A stretch of DNA of 64,000 nucleotides from a virus, in the IMG/VR virus record IMGVR_UViG_3300028844_006574, positions 1 through 64,000 of that record. One strand, given 5' to 3'. The first letter of the stretch is position 1, and the number at the start of each line of letters is the position of its first letter. The notes beneath the pieces are model-generated. The model saw only the letters and a list, made by a program, of their open reading frames with translations, had not been told where the DNA came from and did not search any database. Positions 28,362-38,985 of this stretch are shown in pieces. A program made the position numbers and the translations under genes.

Positions 28362-31300
28362 ATGCCAGAACAAGAAACACAGACAGAACCGGTATTACCA
28401 GATTTCTCCCTGCTCAGAAAACCCCTAGCTGATCTATCTACATCTATACAAGGATTAGCTTCTACAATTGAAGGTGTTAAAAAAGCATTGTCCGGAATCA
28501 AAAATATTGAACCTAGCAAGATCAAAGAAGGTATTGATAACAAAATAACTCAACAACCATCAAATATATCCGGTAATGTACAACAAATCACTCCACCCTC
28601 TCAAAACAATACTTACATTAATGAATCAACATCTAATAATGTAAATACAACTAATGAACCATCTGCTCCCCCACCACCTCAACCAATAGTTCCAGATGAT
28701 GTTGTACAAGAAGTGATGTCCTCCGACCCGGTACAACCCGAGACGACGAACATTACTGAAAACAACAATCAAACAACAAACAACAATACACAGACATATC
28801 AGTCTACAAACAACAACGCTCAAAATCCATGGACCACGTTGTATAAAAACAACGAGCAAACCACAAACAACAACGAGCAACCCGCAAACAACACCCCGAA
28901 AAAATCATTGATATCTAATATCTTGAGTGGTGTCAAGAATAGTTATGAAAACATACAATACCGCCGGGAGAACATGGGAGAAACGTTTTTACAATCAACT
29001 CTACATGAAGCTAAAGACCGAGCTGTACAAGCAAAGGACGGTACGGTCTCCGGCTTTAAAAAAGCTAAAGATGTAACTATTGAATCTAAAAATAGTTTCA
29101 CACAAGGATTAAAAGCCGGTAATACCGGAGAAGGTGCCCCGAACGATTCGCTAGCTGCTAGAACTGGCCGAGAGCTAGGCGATGCGTGGAAAGAACAGAG
29201 AGACATGGACACACCGCTGTCACGTGCTGTTGATGCGTTCAAAGCCTTGAAGCAAGGAAACTTTAAAGATGCAATAGGTAAAGCTGCTAGCTCTTTTGGA
29301 GGTTATGTAATGGCCAAAGAGAACCGAGAAGAGAATGAAAAGTATCAACGAGATTTTGGTGTTGAAGGTTATACCCCTGCTAAAACTCTCAAACTCAATG
29401 AAATGGCAGAGGATCAAGCCAAAGAGAGGCAGGAACTAGTCGACCAAATTCGCAAAGAAAAAAACAGTGTAATAAAAACACAGACAATTGAAGAACTCAA
29501 ACAATTTGACAAAGAGTATGGTGAAAAAATGGGGGTTAGTTCTTCACAAGAACAAACAACAAACAACAATAACACGCCAACCTCAGATGATAACAATTCA
29601 AAAATTTCAGAAAATATATCAACAGAGAATGTTGAACGAATCAAAGAAGCAACTGACCCTCAATTTCCAAAACCAAACAGCCCGCATGCCTCCGAGTATA
29701 TTGAGACCGCTGGTGAGAACATAAACAAAGGAGTAGATCAATTAAAACAAAAAAGTGAACAATTTGCTGAAAATATAAAATCTCTCCAACCTGTAGACAA
29801 CAGTCAATCTAACATAGTTAACTTTCCAACACAACAAAACACACAACAAACTACAAACACAACAACACCAGCAGCACCAGCTGCTAACAGCACAACCGCA
29901 TCTGGTGAAAGTCAACGACAAGCTAAAGAATATGGTCCAGAAAAGGTTGAAATAGTCAACTTCAAAGAACTAGCCGAAGAGATTAGCGAGCTGATGGCCG
30001 GTAAGCTTGGAGACAAGATGAAAGGTGGGGTAATGTCTGGTGGTGGTTCTAGTGACGATGGTGACGATGGTGGTGGACTGCTAGACATGTTAGGGTTTGG
30101 GGCCAGTGCCGGTCTAGGAGGCGGCAGCGGTAAGGACAAAAACAAGAACAAGAACAAGACCAAGACCAAGGGACCTAAAGGTAAAAAACCTGGTCTGTTT
30201 AAACGAATCGGTTCAACAGTAGGTAAATTCATACCCAAAGGTAAAAATCTACTCAAAATTGGCGGAGTGGCTGCTGCAGCTGTAGGTACAAAACTTGGAT
30301 ATGACAAACTAACTCAGCCAGACACTCCAGATAAACCTAAAAAACCAGAAAAACCTGCTAAAACAACTTCAAAACAGGTGAAACCAGCACCTAAACCAGG
30401 AAGTCCGGTTACAGATGCAGTAAAGACAACACCTAAACCAGACACACCAAAAACAACCACAAAAGCACCACCAAAACCCAAGCCAAAACCAAAACCCAAG
30501 CCAAAACCAAAAGCTGGGTTCTTCAGTAGCATGTGGAGCAAGACTAAAAAACTCGCTAGTAAAATACCTGGAGCAGATACTGTCAAGAGTGTTGCCGGAG
30601 GAATTACTAGCGCAGTGAAGGACCCTATAGGGACTGCAAAAAAGGCTGTGAAGGGTGTTGTATCAACTGGTAAAAAAGCAATTTCTGCAGTCAAATCAGG
30701 AGTAGGAACCGCGGTAAAGTATGCAACCAATCCGAAACTAGCATTGAAAACATTGAAAGAAGCTGTAAAAACAAATGCTAAAACAGCTGTTAAACAGATG
30801 ATCAAAGTACCAATCATAAGTGCCCCGTTAGAGGCTCTTTTTGCTGGTTTTGAAATCAATGATATTTTAAGTAATCAAGAGCTGTCACCAGCAGATAAAA
30901 AGAAGCAAACCGGTAGAGTTGTAGGTAACTCTATTGGTGGGTTGATGGGTGGTGCCTTAGCTGCGGTAGTACCAACACTACTTACAGGTGGAGCAGCCGG
31001 TTTAGCTGCACCTATACTATACATGGGTGGAGATTATCTAGGTCGTATAGGTGCTGATGTGTTGATGAACAGTGTACCTGATATTGAAGAAATATTAGGT
31101 GAGACAACTGGTAATGTATTTGGATTGGACTATGGAGACGAAGAGCAACCTACTACCGGTGAGCTAACTCCTGAAGACAAAAAAGAATTAGAAGGTCAAG
31201 TCAAGCCTGTTGATACCAAAGATGTACAAGCAGCACCAAAAGACAGTGAATCACCTGTCAAAGATGCAGTGAGTAGCATAACACCACCGGCAGTACCAGA

Positions 31301-33596
31301 TAACAAAGTAACCGTTACACCAGAAGAAGTGGAATCTGCTGGTACAAACACACCAATCATGCAAGGTGTACCAGTTGCCGCCGGAGCTGCCGCGCTTGCT
31401 ACCGCAGCCACTACTAAAAATACAAGCAAAACCTCTGGAGCTAAAATAACACCTGCTTCAGAATACAAAACCACCGGTAAAACACCAGTCAACAAACCTA
31501 AAACTGTAGCTGGTAAAGTAGCAGCCGCCGGTGCACTTGCTACTGGAGGAGTTTTAGCAGCATCTGCAATGTCGGATGACACCCCACCAGCTAAAAAACT
31601 TCAAGCTGGTGCTCAAGCTACTGATACCGGAAAAACAACACCACCTCCACCAGCAGCACCTGCTAAAAAACTGCAAACCGGTGCCCAAGCTGCAGAAACC
31701 GGGGAAGTGACCGCAACTACAGCAACTACAGCTCCTTCACCAGCACCAATCCCTGCTAATGGTGTAACACCTGTAGCTAAAGACTTTACACACACAGGTA
31801 AACAAGCAATAGGGACTGACAGTTCTTCACCCGTACCAGCCAACCAATCTACTATAGGTCATAGCGAAGAAGGCCCAATGTATGTAAAACAGGTTCAAGA
31901 TGATGATGGAGATGACCCAGATCACCCAGATGAAGAAGAAGAACAACCTGAAATTTCAGATATACAACCAGATACTGGATCACAGGCGAAGGTACCTGGT
32001 ATCATGTCCAAAGTGGCTGACTCTGCAGCTGCAGTTTACCCAGATTCCATGGTAGGTAGAGCTGTTGAAGGTGGAAAAACTCTACTAGGCAAAGCAAAAC
32101 AAGCAAAAGACAAAGCCATGGCCACCGAAACTGGTCAAAAAGCCAAAGCAATCGGTACCAAAGCTTTAGATAAGACCAAACAAGTAGGAGCAACTGCAAT
32201 CGAAGGTGGTAAAACATTGGTAGGTAAAGCCATGGCTAGTGAAACTGGTCAAAAAGCCAAAGCAATCGGTGCAAAAGCATTAGACAAAGGAAAATATTTT
32301 GCCAGCCAAGCCGGTAGTATAGGTTCCGGATTGATAGACAAACTACCAGGTGCAGCAACATCTATGAAGTTGAAAGCTTCACAAGCCACAAAAGGTATCA
32401 AAGATAAAATTTCATCCCCCGGTCTAGGAAAACCAATCAAACCAGCCAAGCCTAAAAGTTTCTTGGGTAAACTCGCGAGTGGAGCAAAAAGTTTGGTCAC
32501 AGAACACCCATTGGTTAAACTATTCCGGAAAAAGGAAGAGTCTCCTAGCGGTAAGTCAGTAAAACCAGCGGAATCACAAGGCTTTTTGAGCAAAATAAAA
32601 TCTGGTGTCAAAGGCATGTTCAACAAAACAAAAGAATCCGGAGGAAAATTCAAAGAAGGGATCAAAAAAGCAGAACCGGGTGTAAAGGCAAAAGCTGCTC
32701 TTGAGAAGACCAAACAACTCGGCGCAACAGCAGTTCAAGGCGGGAAAACATTGTTAGGTAAAACAAAACAAAAAATTACCGAAGCTTCGAACAGCGAAAC
32801 TGGTCAAAAAGCCAAAGCGGTTGGTACCAAAGCGTTAGACAAAGGAAAGTACTTTGCTAGTCAAGCAGCCTCCATGGGTATGAGTTTAGCTGGAAAAGCC
32901 AAACAAAAAGCCGCGGAAAAAATCCCGGGTATGTTGACATCTGGTAAAGCTGCAGCAGCTAAAGCTGCTGGTAGCGTTGCCGCCACTGCGCGGTCATTAC
33001 CAGGTGTGATGAAGAGCAAGTCACAAGCTCTGAAACAAACAATTGACACTAAAGCTAAAGAACCGAATAGCTTGCTCGGTGGAGCAGCCAAGTTTGCCAA
33101 AGCCGCTGGTGAAAAGACTGTGAGTATTAGTAAAAAAGTCGGTGCAAAAGCTGTCGCGGGCGGAAAAAACTTGGTGGATAAAGCCAAACAATCTAAAGAC
33201 AGGGTAGTATCTGCAACTACAGGGGAGAGCTCAGATGGGGATACACCTAAAAACAGACTCTCTGGTATGATGGGTGCAGCTAAGGATAAATCCAAAGACC
33301 TTTTAAAAAATGCAATACCAGTGTCTCAAAAGATGGGTTCAAAAGCACTGGCGGGTGCAGCGATAATGGGTCAACGTTCCAAACAATTTATTGAAAAATT
33401 AGGCGAAAAGGAAATAGAAAAAGAAAAACAAGAGAAGGAACAAGCAGCTGGCGGTGGTACATCCATAATAAGCAACAGTAGTAGCAGCAGCAATAGTACC
33501 ACAATCAATCGATTCGATACAGATGTTGTGAGCAAATGGAGAAGCCAGTATGTTGATGACCAACACCGCCCGGGTCACTATTCGATGTACAGCTGA
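28362..33596 (+). CDS. Probable tape measure / gp29-position protein, 1744 aa, low complexity
   Basis: Between gp26-like and gp48-like genes; A/G/K-rich amphipathic repeats, central hydrophobic segments, S/N-rich C-terminus. Confidence 0.6.
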   Translation: MPEQETQTEPVLPDFSLLRKPLADLSTSIQGLASTIEGVKKALSGIKNIEPSKIKEGIDNKITQQPSNISGNVQQITPPSQNNTYINESTSNNVNTTNEPSAPPPPQPIVPDDVVQEVMSSDPVQPETTNITENNNQTTNNNTQTYQSTNNNAQNPWTTLYKNNEQTTNNNEQPANNTPKKSLISNILSGVKNSYENIQYRRENMGETFLQSTLHEAKDRAVQAKDGTVSGFKKAKDVTIESKNSFTQGLKAGNTGEGAPNDSLAARTGRELGDAWKEQRDMDTPLSRAVDAFKALKQGNFKDAIGKAASSFGGYVMAKENREENEKYQRDFGVEGYTPAKTLKLNEMAEDQAKERQELVDQIRKEKNSVIKTQTIEELKQFDKEYGEKMGVSSSQEQTTNNNNTPTSDDNNSKISENISTENVERIKEATDPQFPKPNSPHASEYIETAGENINKGVDQLKQKSEQFAENIKSLQPVDNSQSNIVNFPTQQNTQQTTNTTTPAAPAANSTTASGESQRQAKEYGPEKVEIVNFKELAEEISELMAGKLGDKMKGGVMSGGGSSDDGDDGGGLLDMLGFGASAGLGGGSGKDKNKNKNKTKTKGPKGKKPGLFKRIGSTVGKFIPKGKNLLKIGGVAAAAVGTKLGYDKLTQPDTPDKPKKPEKPAKTTSKQVKPAPKPGSPVTDAVKTTPKPDTPKTTTKAPPKPKPKPKPKPKPKAGFFSSMWSKTKKLASKIPGADTVKSVAGGITSAVKDPIGTAKKAVKGVVSTGKKAISAVKSGVGTAVKYATNPKLALKTLKEAVKTNAKTAVKQMIKVPIISAPLEALFAGFEINDILSNQELSPADKKKQTGRVVGNSIGGLMGGALAAVVPTLLTGGAAGLAAPILYMGGDYLGRIGADVLMNSVPDIEEILGETTGNVFGLDYGDEEQPTTGELTPEDKKELEGQVKPVDTKDVQAAPKDSESPVKDAVSSITPPAVPDNKVTVTPEEVESAGTNTPIMQGVPVAAGAAALATAATTKNTSKTSGAKITPASEYKTTGKTPVNKPKTVAGKVAAAGALATGGVLAASAMSDDTPPAKKLQAGAQATDTGKTTPPPPAAPAKKLQTGAQAAETGEVTATTATTAPSPAPIPANGVTPVAKDFTHTGKQAIGTDSSSPVPANQSTIGHSEEGPMYVKQVQDDDGDDPDHPDEEEEQPEISDIQPDTGSQAKVPGIMSKVADSAAAVYPDSMVGRAVEGGKTLLGKAKQAKDKAMATETGQKAKAIGTKALDKTKQVGATAIEGGKTLVGKAMASETGQKAKAIGAKALDKGKYFASQAGSIGSGLIDKLPGAATSMKLKASQATKGIKDKISSPGLGKPIKPAKPKSFLGKLASGAKSLVTEHPLVKLFRKKEESPSGKSVKPAESQGFLSKIKSGVKGMFNKTKESGGKFKEGIKKAEPGVKAKAALEKTKQLGATAVQGGKTLLGKTKQKITEASNSETGQKAKAVGTKALDKGKYFASQAASMGMSLAGKAKQKAAEKIPGMLTSGKAAAAKAAGSVAATARSLPGVMKSKSQALKQTIDTKAKEPNSLLGGAAKFAKAAGEKTVSISKKVGAKAVAGGKNLVDKAKQSKDRVVSATTGESSDGDTPKNRLSGMMGAAKDKSKDLLKNAIPVSQKMGSKALAGAAIMGQRSKQFIEKLGEKEIEKEKQEKEQAAGGGTSIISNSSSSSNSTTINRFDTDVVSKWRSQYVDDQHRPGHYSMYS
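32060..32870 (+). repeat. Dispersed internal repeats (ETGQKAKAxGxKALDK x3; GGKTL x3)
   Basis: gaaactggtcaaaaagccaaagc at ~32127, 32241, 32796. Confidence 0.85.
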
Positions 33597-33630
33597 TCTG
33601 GTAAACTAGTTTTGCTGATTAAATAATTAC

Positions 33631-34788
33631 ATGCCAATACCGGAAAAAAGATTCATATGGTCGTTTGACAGTCAAGGTTCAAACGGTCAAGAAGCACCTC
33701 AACTGATGGGAACGTTCGGTACCGGTTCAAGCTTGTTCCAGTTTGGTGTTGAAGGTGTTGGTCGCGCTATTGAACCTGATATAGCCAATTATACATATGT
33801 AAATATTAGCAAAGATTTTGATTGGACATTAAATGATGAACGAGAGGAGGTACCACGTATAATACTTAAGGAGATGACACCTAGTTCAAGTTCGCTACTA
33901 ACCAGATCTACATATTACCTGAGCCAGTTTGAAGATATTGACTTCGGTTTGATCAACAACGAACCTCTAGACTCATACACCGGGTTGTATGTCACAGATG
34001 ATACCGGATTTATATATGATATACCGCAACTCGGTGGTAGTTACATGATGACCGGTAGTAACTCTTATGGAGCCGATAGCGGTGGTCTAGGTAAAACACT
34101 CAAAGGAATAGCCGGCGTAGCTGGGGATTTTGCACCTGGTAAACTAGGTAAAGGTATAAACGCTGCTGTAAAAGGTGGCGGAGCTGCCATTGGTTTAGCC
34201 GGGCTCGCTGGAGACCTTGCCGGTGGTGTCCGTGAAGCTTTTGGTGGTGGCGCTGGTTATTATACTGAACAACCTCAATTTTACCAACATGGTCAAGGAG
34301 CTCGCAATTACGATATCAAGTTTCCATTGTTTAACACTGGCGATTATGAAAGCATGATTAGAAATTTTCAAGTAGCGTACATGCTGGTGTACCAAAATTT
34401 ACCCAACAGAAATAGTAAACAAACCATCCGTCCTCCATGCATGTATGAAATCACAGTACCCGGTATTTCGTACACCCCATTTGCATATATGAGCAAAGTG
34501 AACGTTGATTTCATAGGCGCTAGACGTGAGATGACAATCGCGTTACCCTTTGATGACCCAGACAATTACCGGAACATAAGAGTCACCGTTCCGGAGGCAT
34601 ATGAAATAACATTAAGTGTACAAGAACTAGTTGCCCATACTAAAAACTTTATGTTTCATAACGTGAGTAGAAAAATCAGCACCGGTGTCGCTAGTGTAGA
34701 CCAAGGGTTATCTGAAGAAGTGGATTCTGACAATGTTCTAGTCGAAGGTGTGAGTGATTTTATAAGCTGGTTGAACCCGTTTGATTAA
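33631..34788 (+). CDS. Baseplate tail-tube cap (gp48-like)
   Basis: RNYDIKFPL, PP.MYEI, KVNVDF, P...EITLSVQE. Confidence 0.7.
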   Translation: MPIPEKRFIWSFDSQGSNGQEAPQLMGTFGTGSSLFQFGVEGVGRAIEPDIANYTYVNISKDFDWTLNDEREEVPRIILKEMTPSSSSLLTRSTYYLSQFEDIDFGLINNEPLDSYTGLYVTDDTGFIYDIPQLGGSYMMTGSNSYGADSGGLGKTLKGIAGVAGDFAPGKLGKGINAAVKGGGAAIGLAGLAGDLAGGVREAFGGGAGYYTEQPQFYQHGQGARNYDIKFPLFNTGDYESMIRNFQVAYMLVYQNLPNRNSKQTIRPPCMYEITVPGISYTPFAYMSKVNVDFIGARREMTIALPFDDPDNYRNIRVTVPEAYEITLSVQELVAHTKNFMFHNVSRKISTGVASVDQGLSEEVDSDNVLVEGVSDFISWLNPFD

Positions 34789-34793
34789 AAATT

Positions 34794-35177
34794 ATGGACA
34801 CCTTAGGTTTATTTCAAAACGACATAGATGATCTGGAACAGCTAGGACCAGCCCGGTATGAGAACATATTCAAAATGTATGCTAAAGGTGAAAAGTATAT
34901 ATACAACATACTGAGAAGAGTGGATATAGATTTGAATTCGGCAGACCCGTCAACTTTTGCCGAAGCCCCTCTAAAGATTGAATCACCATGGACAAATATA
35001 AGCTACTTTGTGTACGGTACGGTAGATTTATGGTGGTTGATATATATTTGTAATAAAGATATTTTTAAAGATCCTTTACAATTAGTACCAGGAGGTACAA
35101 AACTAAGAGTCATAAAAACAAGTAAACTTCAATCAATATTGAACGAGATTGCAAATGATCTCAAACCTAGGGTATGA
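34794..35177 (+). CDS. gp53: Baseplate wedge LysM-like protein (gp53-like)
   Basis: ISYFVYGTVDLWWLI...N..DP. Confidence 0.8.
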   Translation: MDTLGLFQNDIDDLEQLGPARYENIFKMYAKGEKYIYNILRRVDIDLNSADPSTFAEAPLKIESPWTNISYFVYGTVDLWWLIYICNKDIFKDPLQLVPGGTKLRVIKTSKLQSILNEIANDLKPRV

Positions 35178-36853
35178 TCAATATACCGTTATTCGGCTCT
35201 GATAAAGAGTTAAACACGTTTGTAGATGACTATTCGAAGAAAAATTCTATAACTATAGATAATAGAGATTTTTTCTTCGCTGTTGCTATAGACAATGGGA
35301 AAGAACGTAAACTTTTCACTAAAAGTGGTATAGAAGATCTAGTTATAGAAGATGATTTGTTTGAATGGTATACTAAAGGTTACATACGCCTGAGAAATGA
35401 CGAAGATGATATGGAGCGTAGTTTAGGCCCGGATAAAATATTATCCATGCTCCGATTGTCTAAAACATACAAAATGAGAGGTGACGGTAGAGACATAATT
35501 TCTGTTAATATAACACCGAACTTACAAACACTACGTACATGGATCGCCCGGGTTGCTGGTATAGAGCAAAAACCAGATGAAGACATATTCAAATATTCTA
35601 ATGACTTTTCAGTATATGATGTGAAAACAGAATATGAAGGTCGTCAGCAATACAAAGTTTTATATTTCTGGGATTTGAGATATCAACTATTGTTAGAAAG
35701 AAATGTACATTATAGTACCGCTTTAGTCAAAAAAAAGCAAGAGAAACAATTTGAGAAGAAAATCCGAGTAGTAAACAACAAAGACCGGGAAGTACTGACA
35801 GGGGAAGCGATACAAGAATTCATTAAACAGGCATTAGAAGACCAAAACCCGGAATTTGAAGATGAATTATGGGACAAAGGAGGAGCAAAAATTTTCTACT
35901 CTAGCCCTGCACAATACAAAGGATTGAACGACCTAGACTATCTCATGACCTCTCATGTGAGTGATGATGAAGGTGATAATGATTTCAGTATATTGAAATA
36001 CGATACTTATTTGAAGAAATGGACATTAATGTCCATTTCTAAATACTTTAGTAAAGCATTAGATGGTGAGGAAGCCGGTGAGTATCAGTTTGACAAATTT
36101 CAAATTAGCCAACATGCTGGGCCACTAGGTTTTTTAGGTCCACTAGCATCGTTTCTAACATCAAACAAAGCACCTAATTTGAAACTAGGTGATTTGAACA
36201 GCAAAGTCAAATCAATAAAAGTACCCATACCTAAAATAGGTCAAACGCAACGAAAAAACATGATCCCAGGGGAATCGATGGAACTAGAACCTGATAGCTG
36301 GAGATTTGAAGATTTTGCTGGTATAGACAATCAATCTTTACTCACGACATATGCTGTGCATAGTTATAACACAAATACACACGAATTTAATATAGATGTT
36401 TTTGACAATGAAATAAGGACAGTGTCTGAAAAATTTCAAGAACAGTATTTAGATGGTAAATTTATAGGCGACCCGGACCCTGCACTCAACTTTCAATTGA
36501 CCAAAGGAAAAAAAGAGCAAAAAGTGTTGAATAATCTGTTCACTCTGGATCAAGACGAAAAATCCCGGGCTATAAAAGGTCGGAACCAGTTATTTAAAAA
36601 TTTAATTTTCCTGAACAATGCTGTGTCTTTAAATGTAAAAGGTGATACACATAGAAGAACCGGTAGATTTTTTAGTTTAGACCGGAAAGACCCGTATTTT
36701 CCGAACGAGTTTGACGATAAAATACTAGGGCAATATTTCATAGTGAATGTTAAACACATCATCAGTAAAGAAACGTATAGTAACGAGATGTTAGGAGTCA
36801 AACCATATCGGTACAAAGCACCAGCATTTGAAACAGACAAGGTACACGAGTAA
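35174..36853 (+). CDS. Baseplate hub protein (gp27-like)
   Basis: I.DDLF...KGYI at N-terminus; VKGD....G, GQYFIVNVKHII at C-terminus. Confidence 0.7.
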   Translation: MINIPLFGSDKELNTFVDDYSKKNSITIDNRDFFFAVAIDNGKERKLFTKSGIEDLVIEDDLFEWYTKGYIRLRNDEDDMERSLGPDKILSMLRLSKTYKMRGDGRDIISVNITPNLQTLRTWIARVAGIEQKPDEDIFKYSNDFSVYDVKTEYEGRQQYKVLYFWDLRYQLLLERNVHYSTALVKKKQEKQFEKKIRVVNNKDREVLTGEAIQEFIKQALEDQNPEFEDELWDKGGAKIFYSSPAQYKGLNDLDYLMTSHVSDDEGDNDFSILKYDTYLKKWTLMSISKYFSKALDGEEAGEYQFDKFQISQHAGPLGFLGPLASFLTSNKAPNLKLGDLNSKVKSIKVPIPKIGQTQRKNMIPGESMELEPDSWRFEDFAGIDNQSLLTTYAVHSYNTNTHEFNIDVFDNEIRTVSEKFQEQYLDGKFIGDPDPALNFQLTKGKKEQKVLNNLFTLDQDEKSRAIKGRNQLFKNLIFLNNAVSLNVKGDTHRRTGRFFSLDRKDPYFPNEFDDKILGQYFIVNVKHIISKETYSNEMLGVKPYRYKAPAFETDKVHE

Positions 36854-37950
36854 TGGCTGAACAGACAATAGATCCGGAATTGACAGAAGTAAATCTTACA
36901 AACACCACAGATTTTCTCAAAGCATTCACTGATTATAACGAGCATGTGAACAAGTTCGCTAAAGAGATTGCAGTCGCTAATGTGTATCAACATACAGATG
37001 TCACCGTTGACCCGATCACAGACAAAGCTCAATTATTTTTTGAATTAGCTACAAACTCATTATCAATAAAGGACGATATTAGAGGTAGTAAAGACAAAAA
37101 AGGAAAACCGCAATCTCCAGTGAAAGCATCTTCCACTGGGTTGAACAAAGACATTGATGGTTTTGATGATGAGTTTTTAGCATATTGGCTAGAAAAATAC
37201 AGATTGTTGCACCCGGTGATACAACAAGAATGTGAAAAGTTGATAGGCGCTGGTGGTGGAGAGTATTTCAAAGATGTTAGCGAGAGTATCGGGTGCTTGA
37301 CTGAAACAGACTTTATCGATGACGACAGGGTATTACCATACTTTGATGTGAGTGTCAAACAATACGACCCTCCAATGGTATACAACAGTAAATTACATAA
37401 CAAATTGAGCACAAACACCCAGCTCATAAACTTAAAATTTAGTAAACTGGTCAATGCTAATAGCAGAATGAACCTCAAAAACATAATAAATGGACCAAAC
37501 AGTCACAAGCTTGAAAAGGATAGCAGTCTAGATGCACACGGTAACAATCTTATAACTGATTTTGAACATAGAAACAGGATGGGTAAAATTGTCACAGAAC
37601 TAGTAACAACTTTACAAAAACAATACAAAGATTTGTGGAGATTTGTTGATTGGTTACAGACTAGAGAACCGGAAAGTTCATACAAGTTTAAAAAGGTTAA
37701 ATTAGACGTAGAAGATATAAAAATAAACGTCGATATACTCAAAAACAAACTCTATAAAACCAAAAAGGAAATGACCAACAACTGTGTATTGAGTGTAGAT
37801 TGTGAAGATATACTCACCCGGACCAAACGAAAAACAAAAGAGAAAGCCGAAGATGCTGAAATCGCTGCTAAACGATTGACTGCTGATAAAAAACAAGGTG
37901 TACTGGCTAGACTAGCCCTGGCCGCGAAAGAAGCGGTCGGATTGGCTTAA
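36853..37950 (+). CDS. Hypothetical protein (baseplate operon)
   Basis: 365-aa ORF coupled to hub gene. Confidence 0.7.
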   Translation: MAEQTIDPELTEVNLTNTTDFLKAFTDYNEHVNKFAKEIAVANVYQHTDVTVDPITDKAQLFFELATNSLSIKDDIRGSKDKKGKPQSPVKASSTGLNKDIDGFDDEFLAYWLEKYRLLHPVIQQECEKLIGAGGGEYFKDVSESIGCLTETDFIDDDRVLPYFDVSVKQYDPPMVYNSKLHNKLSTNTQLINLKFSKLVNANSRMNLKNIINGPNSHKLEKDSSLDAHGNNLITDFEHRNRMGKIVTELVTTLQKQYKDLWRFVDWLQTREPESSYKFKKVKLDVEDIKINVDILKNKLYKTKKEMTNNCVLSVDCEDILTRTKRKTKEKAEDAEIAAKRLTADKKQGVLARLALAAKEAVGLA

Positions 37951-38447
37951 TTATCCGTTTGTTCTACATCAGAAACTTCAGCTTCTACAACTACACTATC
38001 CTCTAACATTTTTTTGAAAATCTCTTCTCTCGTACCCACAAGTTTCATCATGTTGTTATCAGTGTTGATCTCTTTCTTAGCTTCTATATCCATTTGTTTT
38101 ATCCGGACCTGTGTATCTACACGTTGATTACTAGTATGTAGTTTGGTTAAGTTATCAATCGCAGTACTTGTAGCTTTCAATAACTCTGCAAAGCTACCTA
38201 TATCTTCTGCATTAGGGGCAGCTGCAACATACTGTTTCATAATCTGTAAGACATCAACACTATCTTTAATAAGAATACCCTGATTGTCTAAAATAAATTG
38301 TTCTAATTGATCTTTGTTGAGATTAACCTTTTCAGCCACTTCGACTAACTCACTAGTTTGGGCAGACCCACCCTGTAGTTGTTCGATTAAATCTTGAACA
38401 TTGTCAAAAGGGTCTTGTTCTTGTGAATCAACCTCGGTCATAATCAT
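37947..38447 (-). CDS. gp16: Terminase small subunit (T4 gp16-like)
   Basis: Helical core ELLKAT..AIDNL.KLH and NN..LVGTREE motif matching gp16 C-terminal pattern. Confidence 0.7.
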   Translation of the reverse strand: MIMTEVDSQEQDPFDNVQDLIEQLQGGSAQTSELVEVAEKVNLNKDQLEQFILDNQGILIKDSVDVLQIMKQYVAAAPNAEDIGSFAELLKATSTAIDNLTKLHTSNQRVDTQVRIKQMDIEAKKEINTDNNMMKLVGTREEIFKKMLEDSVVVEAEVSDVEQTDN

Positions 38448-38781
38448 CCTGTACTCTCACAATATCATCTTCACCGAAATAAGTACCGGTCTGTACCTCG
38501 ATCAATATCATCATTTCATCATCACCAGGATTGGCCATTCGATGCTTCGCACCTAGAGGTATCAATACAGTTTCTCCAGGTTTGTAATCCTCAGTCACAT
38601 CATCCAATGTGATTCTAGCAACACCACTCACCACCGTCCACGCCTCTTGCCGTTTATGGTGATATTGATAACTCAAACGCTGCCCAGGCTTTACATATAT
38701 ACGCTTAACTTTACAATACTCGGCATCCAAAAGAATTTCGTAGTTACCCCAAGGTCTTACAGATTCATCATCAACTTTCAT
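38428..38781 (-). CDS. Type II mannose-6-phosphate isomerase cupin domain
   Basis: RPWG.Y, VKRI.VKPG.RLSYQYH.KR.E.W, HR..NPG, IEVQTG.YFGEDDIVR..DDY.R. Confidence 0.92.
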   Translation of the reverse strand: MKVDDESVRPWGNYEILLDAEYCKVKRIYVKPGQRLSYQYHHKRQEAWTVVSGVARITLDDVTEDYKPGETVLIPLGAKHRMANPGDDEMMILIEVQTGTYFGEDDIVRVQDDYDRG

Positions 38782-38786
38782 GTTAT

Positions 38787-38830
38787 TATTTACACCCAGC
38801 CTTGAAATATCTCAACAAATATAATATAAT
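38787..38830. promoter_or_regulatory. Back-to-back late (minus) and sigma70-like (plus) promoters
   Basis: TATTTA 38787-38792; TTGAAA 38802-38807 -N17- TATAAT 38825-38830. Confidence 0.75.
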
Positions 38831-38835
38831 AAGGT

Positions 38836-38985
38836 ATGATCAACATAACAGTAAACGGGGTAGATTATAAATTACCAATAGAAAAGTTGTCAATACTACT
38901 AACATGGTTGCAGAGCAACGGGGCAGTAAAGGTGCTAGAATCATCAAACCCAGATGCACAAGGACGTACTTTGATAAATGAATAA
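38836..38985 (+). CDS. 49-aa hypothetical protein absent from the ORF track
   Basis: MINITVNGVDYKLPIEKLSILLTWLQSNGAVKVLESSNPDAQGRTLINE; ATG 5 nt after -10; stop overlaps dut start. Confidence 0.7.
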   Translation: MINITVNGVDYKLPIEKLSILLTWLQSNGAVKVLESSNPDAQGRTLINE

